From positions 1 through 44,109 of the forward strand of contig JBKDZK010000314.1 in the NCBI GenBank assembly GCA_047971205.1: 44,109 bases of DNA. The letters are read 5' to 3'. The notes under the pieces are model-generated. The model saw only the letters and a program-made list of their open reading frames with translations, did not search any database and was not told where the DNA came from. Source of the stretch: Draconibacterium sp. (GTDB lineage: Bacteria; Bacteroidota; Bacteroidia; Bacteroidales; Prolixibacteraceae). Positions within the stretch are counted from its first letter, which is position 1. Each line of letters begins with the position of its first letter. A program made the position numbers and the translations under genes. Below, piece by piece: positions 17,951 to 27,969 of the stretch.

Positions 17951-19681
17951 ATGGAGAAAATCTGGAACTTTAAAAAACAAGGCGACCAAAACGAGGTAAA
18001 ACACCTTTCCGCTGCGTTGAACGTAAACATGGTAATCGCCCGCCTGCTGGTCGACCGGGGTATTAAAACCTACAACGAAGCCAAAGCTTTTTTTCGTCCC
18101 CGCCTAAGTGATCTGCACGATCCGTTTCTGATGAAAAATATGAAGGAAGCGGTGGAACGTCTGGAGAGAGCCATTGAAAAACAGGAGAAAGTGATTGTTT
18201 ACGGCGATTACGATGTGGACGGCACTACTTCCGTGGCCCTGATGTATCTTTTCCTGAAAGAAAGAATCAAAGAGATTGAATATTACATCCCCGACAGGTA
18301 CAGCGAAGGTTATGGGATTTCGCCCAAAAGCATTGAATACGCTGCCGAAAACGGAGTGACGCTGATTGTTGCGCTCGACTGCGGAATTAAAGCGGTTGAG
18401 AAGATTGAAAAAGCCAAAGAACTTGGGATCGACTTTATTATCTGCGATCATCACAACCCAGGAGATCGGGTGCCAAACGCAGTAGCTGTGCTGGATCCCA
18501 AACAGCCTGGGTGCGAATATCCTTACAAAGAACTTTCAGGTTGTGGGGTTGGTTTTAAATTGTTACAGGCTTTCAGTATCAAAAACGAGATTGACCATGA
18601 AGAAATTTACGACCTGCTCGACCTGGTGGCAGTGAGTATTGCAGCCGACATTGTGCCCATTACAGGCGAGAACCGGGTGCTGGCTTACTACGGACTGAAG
18701 AAACTGAATTCGGATCCGGGAGTGGGTTTGCAAACCATTATCAATTTCGCCGGAATCAACGGCAGCGACATTACCATCAGTGATATTGTTTTTAAGATTG
18801 GCCCGCGTTTAAATGCTTCGGGAAGGATCGAGCACGGAAAGAAATCGGTGCAAATCCTGGTTTCTGATGATGTGGATAAGTCGGACCTTTTGGGGGAAGA
18901 GATTGACTCGTTTAATGAAATCCGGAAAACGCTGGACCGCGACATAACCCAGGAAGCGCTGGATACCATTGAAAACAGTGCGGAGCTAAAAGCGATGAAC
19001 AGTACGGTTTTGTATAACCGCGACTGGCACAAAGGGGTTGTTGGGATTGTAGCTTCGCGTGTTACTGAATACTATTACCGGCCAACGGTTATTCTTACCG
19101 AATCGAACGGACTGGCTACCGGATCGGCCCGGTCGGTACGCGATTTCGATTTGTACGAAGCCATCGGGCAGTGCAGCGATTTATTGGAGTCGTACGGAGG
19201 CCACATGTATGCCGCCGGGCTTACCATGAAAATCGAACACATTCCGGAGTTTAAAAAGCGCTTCGAAGAAATTGTTACGCGTCAGATTACCGATCAGCAA
19301 CAAATTCAGTCGATTGAAATTGACGCAAAAATTACGCTGAGTGAAATTACCCCGCGTTTTTTTCGCATACTAAAGCAGTTTGCGCCTTTCGGGCCACACA
19401 ATATGATGCCGGTATTTGTTACGGAAGATGTTTTTGATGCCGGAACCAGCCGCTGCGTAGGGAAAAACAAAGAACACCTGAAACTGGATTTGGTAGAGCC
19501 CGATGTAAATTCCGGTATTTTCCCCGGGATCGCTTTTAACCAGTCGGATGCCTACGATCTGATCACTTCCGGTTCTCCTTTCGATATTTGCTACTCGATC
19601 AACGAAAATGAATACCGTGGCAAAACCAGCCTCCAGTTATTTATCCGCGATATCAAAAAGCGCGAATCGTTTGGCTGGTAG
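17951..19681 (+). CDS. recJ: ssDNA-specific exonuclease RecJ
   Basis: YGDYDVDG, DCG, DHH, GPRLNASGR, WHKGVVGIVASR, GSARS and GGHMYAAG motifs. Confidence 0.97.
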   Translation: MEKIWNFKKQGDQNEVKHLSAALNVNMVIARLLVDRGIKTYNEAKAFFRPRLSDLHDPFLMKNMKEAVERLERAIEKQEKVIVYGDYDVDGTTSVALMYLFLKERIKEIEYYIPDRYSEGYGISPKSIEYAAENGVTLIVALDCGIKAVEKIEKAKELGIDFIICDHHNPGDRVPNAVAVLDPKQPGCEYPYKELSGCGVGFKLLQAFSIKNEIDHEEIYDLLDLVAVSIAADIVPITGENRVLAYYGLKKLNSDPGVGLQTIINFAGINGSDITISDIVFKIGPRLNASGRIEHGKKSVQILVSDDVDKSDLLGEEIDSFNEIRKTLDRDITQEALDTIENSAELKAMNSTVLYNRDWHKGVVGIVASRVTEYYYRPTVILTESNGLATGSARSVRDFDLYEAIGQCSDLLESYGGHMYAAGLTMKIEHIPEFKKRFEEIVTRQITDQQQIQSIEIDAKITLSEITPRFFRILKQFAPFGPHNMMPVFVTEDVFDAGTSRCVGKNKEHLKLDLVEPDVNSGIFPGIAFNQSDAYDLITSGSPFDICYSINENEYRGKTSLQLFIRDIKKRESFGW

Positions 19682-19682
19682 T

Positions 19683-20330
19683 TTAAGGCAGTAATTGGAG
19701 AAATTCAGGATCCATCAGATCTTCCAGCTTATCGGCAACAAAGGCTCCTGTGCTTTTCAGTCTTTCTTTCGACTGATGTCCGTTGGCAATCAGAATGCAG
19801 GTAATTCCCAGTTTTTCGGCTACTTCGTAGTCGTGAATCGTATCCCCGATCATAACCGCATTTTCTTTTCGAATCTGGTACAATTCAATCAATTGTTCTC
19901 CCCGTTCAATTTTAGAGGCAGCATAGTGGTCGTTTAACCCTGCAATTCCTTCAAAATAGTTGAGAATATTCTGGTGATCGAGCGTTTGGTGCAGCATATT
20001 TTGTTGCATGGCCGAAAGCACGAACTGCCGTTTCCCCGCGTTTTTGAAAAAGTCGAGGACGGCGTGGGTTTGGCTGTGTAAAACGCAGTTTTTCACCCCG
20101 TTGTTGTACAAGTCGATAAACTCGCGGGCCGGAATCGAAAAATCTTCTTTGCTGAAATCGAACCCGATGGTGGTATAATAATCTTTTACGGGAAACGAAA
20201 ATACATCCTTGTACTGAACGTGGTCCAACAAATTGAGGCCTCTTTTTTCAAGAAGCTGATTGATGGTTGAAATACAAAAGTCCAGATCGTTGAGCAACGT
20301 TCCGTTCCAGTCCCAAATAACAGAACGCAT
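19683..20330 (-). CDS. HAD-superfamily hydrolase (phosphoglycolate-phosphatase-like)
   Basis: IWDWNGTLL motif I, LSA motif II and MIGDT.HD motif IV. Confidence 0.88.
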   Translation of the reverse strand: MRSVIWDWNGTLLNDLDFCISTINQLLEKRGLNLLDHVQYKDVFSFPVKDYYTTIGFDFSKEDFSIPAREFIDLYNNGVKNCVLHSQTHAVLDFFKNAGKRQFVLSAMQQNMLHQTLDHQNILNYFEGIAGLNDHYAASKIERGEQLIELYQIRKENAVMIGDTIHDYEVAEKLGITCILIANGHQSKERLKSTGAFVADKLEDLMDPEFLQLLP

Positions 20331-20331
20331 A

Positions 20332-21474
20332 TTAGATATTCTTCACTTTAAGTTTGTTGATCACCGGGTTGGCGTATAATTTCAGAAAGCGTTCCTGGAT
20401 ATCGGTAACCGGAAAATCCACATGAACCATGGCTTGTTCCACCATAATTTCGAATTTCTTTTGCTCTTCGGCCGTGTATTTATCTTTGAAGCGGTGTTCC
20501 TGCATCAGCATGTCGTAAGCAACGTAATTACTGGGCCACAGCTTGAAGTTTTTATAGATCTGCGTATCGATCATTTCGGCAATGTCGCGGATGTATTTGT
20601 TACGTTGTTCGTTGTTCTCGGCCGGCGGAAAATGTGTTTCAATCGGGTCGCCAAAGGCAAAACGCATTCTTCCTTTGGGTGCAAACATTCCCATCGACAT
20701 ACTTTTCAGATCGTCTTTGCTGGTTTTTAGCTGGCCGTAATGTTCTTTTTTGATCAGCTCTTTCAGCTTAGCCAATCCACAGGGTTCAATTTCGTAAGAG
20801 ATGGAAACCGGTACAATGTTGAGCTCGTTGAATCCTCCCGAGATGGTGTTTTTGTTGCTCATGTTGAGCATTTTAAGAACACTGTCCTGGGTTTTGTCGT
20901 TCCCGTCTTTGGTCCGGCCTTCACGCTGGGCAATCCAGATCGACATTTTATCCTCCGTAATCGACTTCCGGATAAAGTGCGACACTTTTCGTGAAGCGGT
21001 CATTAATTCGCGCGGAGCAAGGTTTCTTCTGATGACAAACGAACGGTTGAGTTTTACGGTATGTTCGATCCATTCGTATTGTAAGAGGTTGTCTCCGATG
21101 GCAATCTCCGTGGTATTCATCCCGTGTTCAAAAATGAGTACGTTCAGAAGGGCGGCATCCAGGATAATGTCGCGGTGATTGGAAATAAAAAGATAAGGTT
21201 TCTTCTTATCCAGTTTATCAATTCCGCTACATTTCAGCCCGTTGGAGGTTTTATCCACCAGCCAGTGCAGCAGGTCATAAATAAAAACACCCTGCAGCTG
21301 TTTGACGCTTTTGATACGTCGCAGCTGAAATTTCACCATTTCCACTTTCGGACGATTTTTGAACAGGATCATTAATACCTCGTCAAAAACCCTGTCTTTC
21401 AGTAGTAAACGCATCTTTTGCTTTACTTCCGAATCGTAATAAGGACGAATGTCATCGAAATTGTAGCCCGTCAT
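20332..21474 (-). CDS. Glycerolipid acyltransferase (PlsC-like family)
   Basis: FISNHRDIILD (HX4D) and WIAQREGRTKDG motifs. Confidence 0.88.
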   Translation of the reverse strand: MTGYNFDDIRPYYDSEVKQKMRLLLKDRVFDEVLMILFKNRPKVEMVKFQLRRIKSVKQLQGVFIYDLLHWLVDKTSNGLKCSGIDKLDKKKPYLFISNHRDIILDAALLNVLIFEHGMNTTEIAIGDNLLQYEWIEHTVKLNRSFVIRRNLAPRELMTASRKVSHFIRKSITEDKMSIWIAQREGRTKDGNDKTQDSVLKMLNMSNKNTISGGFNELNIVPVSISYEIEPCGLAKLKELIKKEHYGQLKTSKDDLKSMSMGMFAPKGRMRFAFGDPIETHFPPAENNEQRNKYIRDIAEMIDTQIYKNFKLWPSNYVAYDMLMQEHRFKDKYTAEEQKKFEIMVEQAMVHVDFPVTDIQERFLKLYANPVINKLKVKNI

Positions 21475-21512
21475 TTTTGATGATTTAACTCAGCAAAGTA
21501 ACACATTCAAAA

Positions 21513-23555
21513 TTAAAATTTCAACCGGAGCTGCATTTTTACTTCGGTTTTATCTTTCCCGGCTATCTCGTTATAACCCGACCCGATGATGTTGCGGTCG
21601 GTCCAGTGCGTGTTGGCAAGCTTGAACCAGAGCTCTGCCCGGTCCGAAATTTTGTATTTGAGATTGAGGTAAGTCCTCCAGCCTTTGCCAAAGAAAGCCG
21701 GTACCGAGAAAGTATAAAGCAGGTCGTTTTCGTACGCGTAAATGCGTGCGTCATAATCGCTCGTGTTGAAGCAGGCAAGCCTGCCAGACAGGCTGAGCGG
21801 AATGTTTGTTGGTTTGTACAGTAGGTCCTGGTAAGCCAGTATTCCGTGTTCTTTTTCGCTGCCACGAAACGAAGAGTGCTCCAGCCGGCTGCTCCATCTC
21901 AGCTTTTCGGTGATGAAATATTCAGCATGAAGCCTGATTCGCTGCGTGCGTTCGGGCAAATTCACATAAAGTTTCTCTGCTTTGTTTTTCTGGTCTTTGG
22001 TTTCTGACTTTACCCGAAGGTAGCAATTGAGTTTTTCCGAAAGTTGAAAGTCGGCCTGTGCAAAAATGTCGTAACCCGACGCGGGGCCGGCAGTGGTATA
22101 GGAAATCCAGGGCGAGCGGTAAAAATCGGAATAGGCAGCTAACGTAATTCGTTTGGCCGGAAGAAAGCGGATGCCCATGTAAAAGCCGGTTTCGTTGGCA
22201 ACCGTGCTGCTTTCGGAAAAGGCCTGCCCCCACAATGCATGGTAGTTTTTATCGAAATGACGGAATTGTGCAGCTATATTCAGCCGGTCATTCAGATGAA
22301 TGATGCTTCCCTGCAAAAAGGCTTTTCCGCCCGATTTTGAAACGGCGACCTCGCCAAACAACTGGTACTTACCGGAGCTAAACAGGTAGTCGATTCCTCC
22401 GGTGAAATTTTCTGTTCCCTTAAATTTGAAGTGATTGTACAATTGATCTCCCGGAGAAAATGGTTTATTGAAATTCTGGTAGATGAAAGTGGTTCCCAAT
22501 TTCAGTTTCGAAAAGGTTCGAGAAAAAACAACTCCTGCATTTCGGTATTTAACTGATTTTTCATCGGCAATTTCGCTTTGGGTACGGTGATAACCTGATG
22601 TTTGCAGGCTGGTAAAAACAGGTGTTTCGTTAATATCTGTGTCCAGGTTGGCATCGGCATTCTTTTGCGAAACAAAAAGATGAATCGTATTCTTTTTTAG
22701 TTGAATACTGGTGGCTGCACCGCGGAAATAAAGATTTTCATCCACTGAAGTATAGGGCCTGATTCCCTGTCCGTATTTCATGATTCCCGGAACATCGGCT
22801 GATTTGCCGGGAGAGAAACCTTGCCAAAGCACCAGGCCTTGTCCGCTGCGAACAATGAAATCGCCCACGGTTATCCGCTCAAAAACAGGGTTGATCTTCA
22901 TGCTTACATTGCCCGAGTAGAAATCGAAGCCCTGTTTGTTGGAGCCTTTTAAAAATGCTTCACCCGGATCTTTTTCGGCGGTCAGTCCGGCGGAGAGTTT
23001 GTCGCCGGCTTCAAAGCGGTAGCGGCTGTAATAACGGAAGCGGTCTCCTTCGTAGGGTTTTACTCTCTCTTCGTTTGCCTGATATCCGTGAGCTTTCTGG
23101 ATGGTTCCGAGGCTTCGTAACAGCAGTTCCTGTCGCTTGTATTTGGTTTCTTCTTTAAACGAGGCGGGGCTTGTTGCCGGAGGGCCGAAAACAATAAAAA
23201 GCTGCATTTTCTGAAGTAGTTCCGGCGTGAATCCGTCGATGGTCGTCAATTCAAAAATGGAGTAAACCGGGCCATAGGTATCCACATATGTCAACAGCTT
23301 GTTGATCTGAATGCTGTTTAGCAGATACATTTTTGAAAGTTCGTCGGGAGTGGTAGCGTTAATGTTGATCGGATCATTCAGCAGTTGTTCCAGGTCTTCG
23401 ATAATCAGTGCTGCATCGGCCTCTTCTTCCATGTTTTCAAGCTGCGATTCCACGATGGTTTCAATGATCTTGTCCGGCGAAATATTCTGGCCAACGGATA
23501 AAAACGGAATACCCCAAAGCAGAACCAGGATGATATGTCGGGCTGCTCTTTTCAT
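21513..23555 (-). CDS. Helix-hairpin-helix (ComEA-like) domain outer-membrane protein
   Basis: Signal peptide; 'PININATTPDELSK...SIFELTTIDGF' HhH region; amphipathic beta-strand-rich C-terminal part ending in QLRLKF. Confidence 0.75.
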   Translation of the reverse strand: MKRAARHIILVLLWGIPFLSVGQNISPDKIIETIVESQLENMEEEADAALIIEDLEQLLNDPININATTPDELSKMYLLNSIQINKLLTYVDTYGPVYSIFELTTIDGFTPELLQKMQLFIVFGPPATSPASFKEETKYKRQELLLRSLGTIQKAHGYQANEERVKPYEGDRFRYYSRYRFEAGDKLSAGLTAEKDPGEAFLKGSNKQGFDFYSGNVSMKINPVFERITVGDFIVRSGQGLVLWQGFSPGKSADVPGIMKYGQGIRPYTSVDENLYFRGAATSIQLKKNTIHLFVSQKNADANLDTDINETPVFTSLQTSGYHRTQSEIADEKSVKYRNAGVVFSRTFSKLKLGTTFIYQNFNKPFSPGDQLYNHFKFKGTENFTGGIDYLFSSGKYQLFGEVAVSKSGGKAFLQGSIIHLNDRLNIAAQFRHFDKNYHALWGQAFSESSTVANETGFYMGIRFLPAKRITLAAYSDFYRSPWISYTTAGPASGYDIFAQADFQLSEKLNCYLRVKSETKDQKNKAEKLYVNLPERTQRIRLHAEYFITEKLRWSSRLEHSSFRGSEKEHGILAYQDLLYKPTNIPLSLSGRLACFNTSDYDARIYAYENDLLYTFSVPAFFGKGWRTYLNLKYKISDRAELWFKLANTHWTDRNIIGSGYNEIAGKDKTEVKMQLRLKF

Positions 23556-24370
23556 TGTAAATGAAATTGAATGGAAACAGAGGGCGTGAACCCCAGGTTG
23601 CCGTGGTAGCTAAAGGCAAAGTCGGTGGAAATATTTCCAAAAGAATAACCGATTCCGCCCGAATAATTGAAGGGCTTGCCCGAAACTCCCAGTCGAAAGG
23701 CCAGATTTTTTACCGGCATAAACTCCAGTCCTGATTTTATTTGCGCCGGGAAATCAGAAGATTTCTGAACTTCGGCACTTAGCAGTACATTTTCCGAAAG
23801 CTGATAATGGCCTCCCAGCCGGTAGGTAAAAGGCATTTTTTGTGGGCCGTAGTAGGTTTCAAAACCATTTTGTACGGGGTTAAAAACATGAGCACCTAAC
23901 GCCAATTCCCGGCTTAGTTGGTAAAGAGCCCCACACTCAAAGGTAAAAAAAGCAAAGGCACCGTCGTTTTCGGGGAAACGGTTCGAGAAGTAATCGAGTT
24001 GAAGGGCGGCGCTTAATCGTTTTGAAAGCTGCTTGGCAAAGGCCAGTCCCAACTTTGATTCTTTGTAGTTTCCTTTTCCAAACTGGTAGAAGCTTACTCC
24101 GGCAGTGCCTCCAAAAACGGGAGACGAAAAAGTTCCGGCAGTCAGTGAGAGTTCTTCCAACATAAAACGTGATTCGTAATAGATCCCGGCTGAAAGTTGG
24201 GAAACACCGGTAAGCGTGGCCTGGTTGTGAAAAGTGCTCCACGCATCGCCAAGGGAAACGCTGGCATGCGAGAGTGCCACCGAACGGGCTCCGGCGGTGC
24301 GGTTCTCAGAGGCTATCGACGCAAGCGATAAAAACAGAAACAACAGTTGTATTTGAAAGGGCTTTCTCAT
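23552..24370 (-). CDS. PorV/FadL-like outer-membrane beta-barrel
   Basis: Signal peptide followed by 'GARSVALSHASVSL.DAWSTFHNQATL', resembling the GARxxxMG...A.xxNPA start of this family. Terminal aromatic strand; 4-nt overlap with the HhH gene. Confidence 0.65.
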   Translation of the reverse strand: MRKPFQIQLLFLFLSLASIASENRTAGARSVALSHASVSLGDAWSTFHNQATLTGVSQLSAGIYYESRFMLEELSLTAGTFSSPVFGGTAGVSFYQFGKGNYKESKLGLAFAKQLSKRLSAALQLDYFSNRFPENDGAFAFFTFECGALYQLSRELALGAHVFNPVQNGFETYYGPQKMPFTYRLGGHYQLSENVLLSAEVQKSSDFPAQIKSGLEFMPVKNLAFRLGVSGKPFNYSGGIGYSFGNISTDFAFSYHGNLGFTPSVSIQFHLQ

Positions 24371-24374
24371 ACAA

Positions 24375-24408
24375 AACAGGGCGCAGATAAAAATTACTAC
24401 GCCCTGTT
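24375..24408 (-). terminator. Hairpin after purE (likely terminator)
   Basis: AACAGGGCG/CGCCCTGTT 9-bp stem. Confidence 0.5.
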
Positions 24409-24436
24409 AAATGTACGAAAAAATGTTTTGTTACGC

Positions 24437-24943
24437 TTAGTTTGTCTTGAACTTAAATTTAACTTCGGCTAACTCCTGGTTGGCCTTCACAATTTTTTTC
24501 TTCAGATCTTCCTTGTATTGTATCATTTTTTGCATCAGTGCTTCGTCGCCGGTTGCCATCATTTGTACGGCTAAAATAGCGGCATTCATGGCACCATTAA
24601 CGGCGACGGTTGCCACCGGAATTCCGGGAGGCATTTGCAGAATGGCCAGGACCGAGTCGAAGCCCGAAAGGCTTGCATTGATGGGAACTCCGATTACCGG
24701 AAGCGGCGTCATAGCGGCAATAACCCCCGGCAAATGAGCAGCCATTCCGGCACCCGCAATAATCACTTTTATACCAAGGTCTTTAGCGCCTTTGGCAAAA
24801 ACTTCCACTTCCTCCGGCGTGCGGTGGGCCGACAAAGCATTGATCTCAAAAGGGATTTCGAATTCATCAAATAATTTGGCGGCTTTTTCCATCACATTCA
24901 GATCGGAAGTGCTGCCCATGATAATGCTAACTTTTGGTGTCAT
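24437..24943 (-). CDS. purE: N5-CAIR mutase
   Basis: IIMGSTSD, SAHRTP, AGAGMAAHLPG and QMPPGIPVATV motifs. Confidence 0.97.
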   Translation of the reverse strand: MTPKVSIIMGSTSDLNVMEKAAKLFDEFEIPFEINALSAHRTPEEVEVFAKGAKDLGIKVIIAGAGMAAHLPGVIAAMTPLPVIGVPINASLSGFDSVLAILQMPPGIPVATVAVNGAMNAAILAVQMMATGDEALMQKMIQYKEDLKKKIVKANQELAEVKFKFKTN

Positions 24944-25050
24944 ATTTAAGTTTTATTTTCTGATACTCGAATTGTTTTTGTTATTTTGTAGCCCAAATTT
25001 TCAAGGCGAATTTAAGGCAATTTAAGTATTAATAAAAATCAAAGATTTTC

Positions 25051-25593
25051 ATGAAGCGGGTTAAAATTCACGATAAAGAGTTCGGGTTATTCATTTCTCA
25101 CGAAAAGATTCAGTCGGTAGTTGAACAAATGGCTGAAGAAATGAACGCCGAACTGGTAGGTAAAAATCCGCTCTTTCTGTGCATTCTGAACGGATCGTTT
25201 ATGTTTGCTGCCGAGCTTTTTAAACGGATAAGCTTTGTTGAATCCGAAATTTCGTTTGTAAAACTGGCTTCTTATGTTGGCGACCAAACAACCGGTGCGG
25301 TGAAAGAACTGATCGGGTTGAATGAAAACATTGAGGGAAGAACGGTGGTAGTACTTGAAGATATTGTGGATACCGGGATTACCATCGACAACATTCAGCA
25401 GCAGCTAAAACGCATGAATCCGAAAGAAGTATTGGTGGCAACTATGCTTTTGAAACCTGATGCACTTAAAAAGGACGTAGACCTGAAGTATGTCGGAATT
25501 GAAATTCCGAATGATTTTATTGTGGGCTGCGGACTGGATTACGACGGGCATGGCCGAAATTTGATTGACATATATTCAATCGTAAAAGAATAA
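25051..25593 (+). CDS. hpt: Hypoxanthine phosphoribosyltransferase
   Basis: ILNGSFMF, VVVLEDIVDTGIT and FIVG.GLDY motifs. Confidence 0.95.
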   Translation: MKRVKIHDKEFGLFISHEKIQSVVEQMAEEMNAELVGKNPLFLCILNGSFMFAAELFKRISFVESEISFVKLASYVGDQTTGAVKELIGLNENIEGRTVVVLEDIVDTGITIDNIQQQLKRMNPKEVLVATMLLKPDALKKDVDLKYVGIEIPNDFIVGCGLDYDGHGRNLIDIYSIVKE

Positions 25594-25616
25594 CCGAAAA
25601 ATAACCAAAAATCAAC

Positions 25617-26189
25617 ATGTTAAATATTGTATTATTTGGCCCTCCCGGAGCAGGAAAGGGAACCCAGGCTGAATTCCTGATAAAATCCTACGGGTTGATA
25701 CATTTGTCGACCGGAGAGATTTTACGGAGTGAAATTGCCGCCGGTTCTGAGTTAGGGGTGGAGGCCAAAAAGTTTATGGACAAGGGCGAATTGGTGCCCG
25801 ACCACCTGGTGGTAAAAATGATTGAAACAATTCTGGAAAACCACAGCGAAGCCCGGGGCTTTATTTTTGATGGCTTTCCGAGAACCGTGGACCAGGCAAA
25901 AGCGTTGGATGTGATGCTGGAAGCGCACGAGACCGGTATTGCCGGCATGCTGAGCCTTGAAGTGGAGAAGCAGGAGCTGATCAATCGTTTGTTAAGCCGT
26001 GGGAAAGTATCGGGTAGGGTCGATGACCAGAATAAGAAAGTGATCGAGAACCGTATCCAGGTGTACCGCGATAAAACACTTCCGTTGATTGAATACTACA
26101 AGCCGCAGGGCAAGCATTTTGGTATCGACGGAATGGGAAGTATAGTAGAGACTGCAGGCAGGTTAAAGCAGGTGATCGAAAAGTTTTAG
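25617..26189 (+). CDS. adk: Adenylate kinase (short-LID type)
   Basis: GPPGAGKGTQ, HLSTGE.LR, FIFDGFPRT and GR.DD motifs. Confidence 0.96.
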   Translation: MLNIVLFGPPGAGKGTQAEFLIKSYGLIHLSTGEILRSEIAAGSELGVEAKKFMDKGELVPDHLVVKMIETILENHSEARGFIFDGFPRTVDQAKALDVMLEAHETGIAGMLSLEVEKQELINRLLSRGKVSGRVDDQNKKVIENRIQVYRDKTLPLIEYYKPQGKHFGIDGMGSIVETAGRLKQVIEKF

Positions 26190-26287
26190 ACTTCAGTTGA
26201 AGTCGCTTAAAAAAGGTGGGAATTCTGTATGCTAACCGGATTTCTCACCTTTGTTGGTAAAGTAAAGGAACATTTAAAAGAAGAAAA

Positions 26288-27277
26288 ATGGCCGAGACGA
26301 ATTTTGTTGATTACGTAAAAATACACTGTAAATCGGGTGCCGGCGGTGCCGGATCGGCGCATTTGCGCAGAGAGAAGTTTGTGGCCAAAGGCGGCCCTGA
26401 TGGCGGTGATGGCGGCCGGGGTGGACACATTATCCTGGAAGGAAACCAGCACATGTGGACCCTTCTTCATTTAAAGTATAAAAAACACATTAAGGCCGGA
26501 AACGGCGAGTCGGGCGGAAAACAACGCAGTACCGGAGCCGATGGTGAAGACATTGTACTGGAAGTGCCGCTCGGAACGATTGCCCGCGATGCTGAGTCGG
26601 GCGAATTTTTGTTTGAGATAACCCAGCACGGCGAAAGCAAGGTTTTAATGAAAGGCGGGCGTGGCGGTCTTGGTAACGATCATTTTAAATCGGCTACCTA
26701 TCAGACGCCCCGGTTTGCACAGCCCGGAGAAGAGGGGCAGGAAAGCTGGATGATTCTGGAGCTGAAAGTGCTGGCCGACGTTGGTCTGGTTGGTTTTCCG
26801 AGTTCCGGGAAATCTACTCTCTTGTCGGTAGTTTCGGCGGCCAAACCAAAAATTGGTGATTATCCGTTTACTACGCTGGTGCCAAATCTTGGAATTGTGG
26901 GGCACCGCGAGCAACGTTCGTTTGTGATGGCTGATATTCCCGGAATTATTGAAGGCGCGCACGAGGGGCGTGGTTTGGGGCTGCGCTTTTTGCGGCACAT
27001 CGAGCGAAATTCAATGCTCTTGTTTATGGTGCCGGCCGACAGCAAGGATCATCTGAAAGAATACCGCATTTTAATGGATGAGCTGGAGAAATACAACCCG
27101 GAACTACTCGACAAGCAACGTTTTCTGGCGATCAGTAAAGCCGATATGCTGGATGAGCAGCTGATGAAAGAGATCAGCCGCGAATTAAAGGGGATTCCGC
27201 ACATGTTCTTTTCGTCGGTAACAGGGAAAAACATCCAGATATTGAAAGATAAAATCTGGGAAATATTAAATAGTTGA
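26288..27277 (+). CDS. obgE: GTPase ObgE/CgtA
   Basis: [36 protein letters not shown] and DIPGIIEGA motifs. Confidence 0.97.
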   Translation: MAETNFVDYVKIHCKSGAGGAGSAHLRREKFVAKGGPDGGDGGRGGHIILEGNQHMWTLLHLKYKKHIKAGNGESGGKQRSTGADGEDIVLEVPLGTIARDAESGEFLFEITQHGESKVLMKGGRGGLGNDHFKSATYQTPRFAQPGEEGQESWMILELKVLADVGLVGFPSSGKSTLLSVVSAAKPKIGDYPFTTLVPNLGIVGHREQRSFVMADIPGIIEGAHEGRGLGLRFLRHIERNSMLLFMVPADSKDHLKEYRILMDELEKYNPELLDKQRFLAISKADMLDEQLMKEISRELKGIPHMFFSSVTGKNIQILKDKIWEILNS

Positions 27278-27969
27278 TGGGATTCTTAGATACGATATTG
27301 GAATGGGATAAGGAGCTGTTTTTGTACCTGAACAGTTTTTACAACGATTTCTGGGATACGATCATGATGCTGGTTACCCGCCAGGAAACATGGTTCCCGT
27401 TTTTTGCGATAATCCTGTTTTACTTTATCAAAAATTACCGATCAAAGGCGATTCTGATCGTTATCGGTTTGGCCTTGGTTGTGCTTGGTGCCGATCAGAT
27501 TTCCGGTTTGATGAAAGCCGGTTTTCAGCGCTTGAGGCCGGTGCACGATCCATCGATCGAACATTTGGTGCACAATGTGTTACGCAAAGGAGGTATGTAC
27601 GGATTTGTTTCGGCGCATGCAGCCAATTCGGTGGCCATCCTGGTTTTTACGTCGCTGATTTTTAAGCAAAGAGGCTACACGCTGCTACTTTTTTTGTGGG
27701 CGGCAGTCTTTAGTTATTCGCGTATTTATTCCGGTGTTCATTACCCGTTCGATATACTGGGAGGCACATTGCTGGGAGTAGGCGTGGGGCTTCTTGTTTT
27801 TAAGCTGACCATGTTTGTGGAGAATCACTTTTTTTACACCCGGTCGCCTAAGATCGAAAAAACAGCGCTGCGTGGCGAAGAATCAGGCATTATCTGGCTG
27901 GTGTTTGCTTCGCTTGTGGCAACCGTATTTATTGTTACTTATCTCCTGCATCGTTATAATTATTTGTAA
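27277..27969 (+). CDS. PAP2-family membrane phosphatase
   Basis: K-X6-RP, FVSAHA and SRIYSGVHYPFD motifs. ATG overlaps the obgE TGA. Confidence 0.92.
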   Translation: MGFLDTILEWDKELFLYLNSFYNDFWDTIMMLVTRQETWFPFFAIILFYFIKNYRSKAILIVIGLALVVLGADQISGLMKAGFQRLRPVHDPSIEHLVHNVLRKGGMYGFVSAHAANSVAILVFTSLIFKQRGYTLLLFLWAAVFSYSRIYSGVHYPFDILGGTLLGVGVGLLVFKLTMFVENHFFYTRSPKIEKTALRGEESGIIWLVFASLVATVFIVTYLLHRYNYL

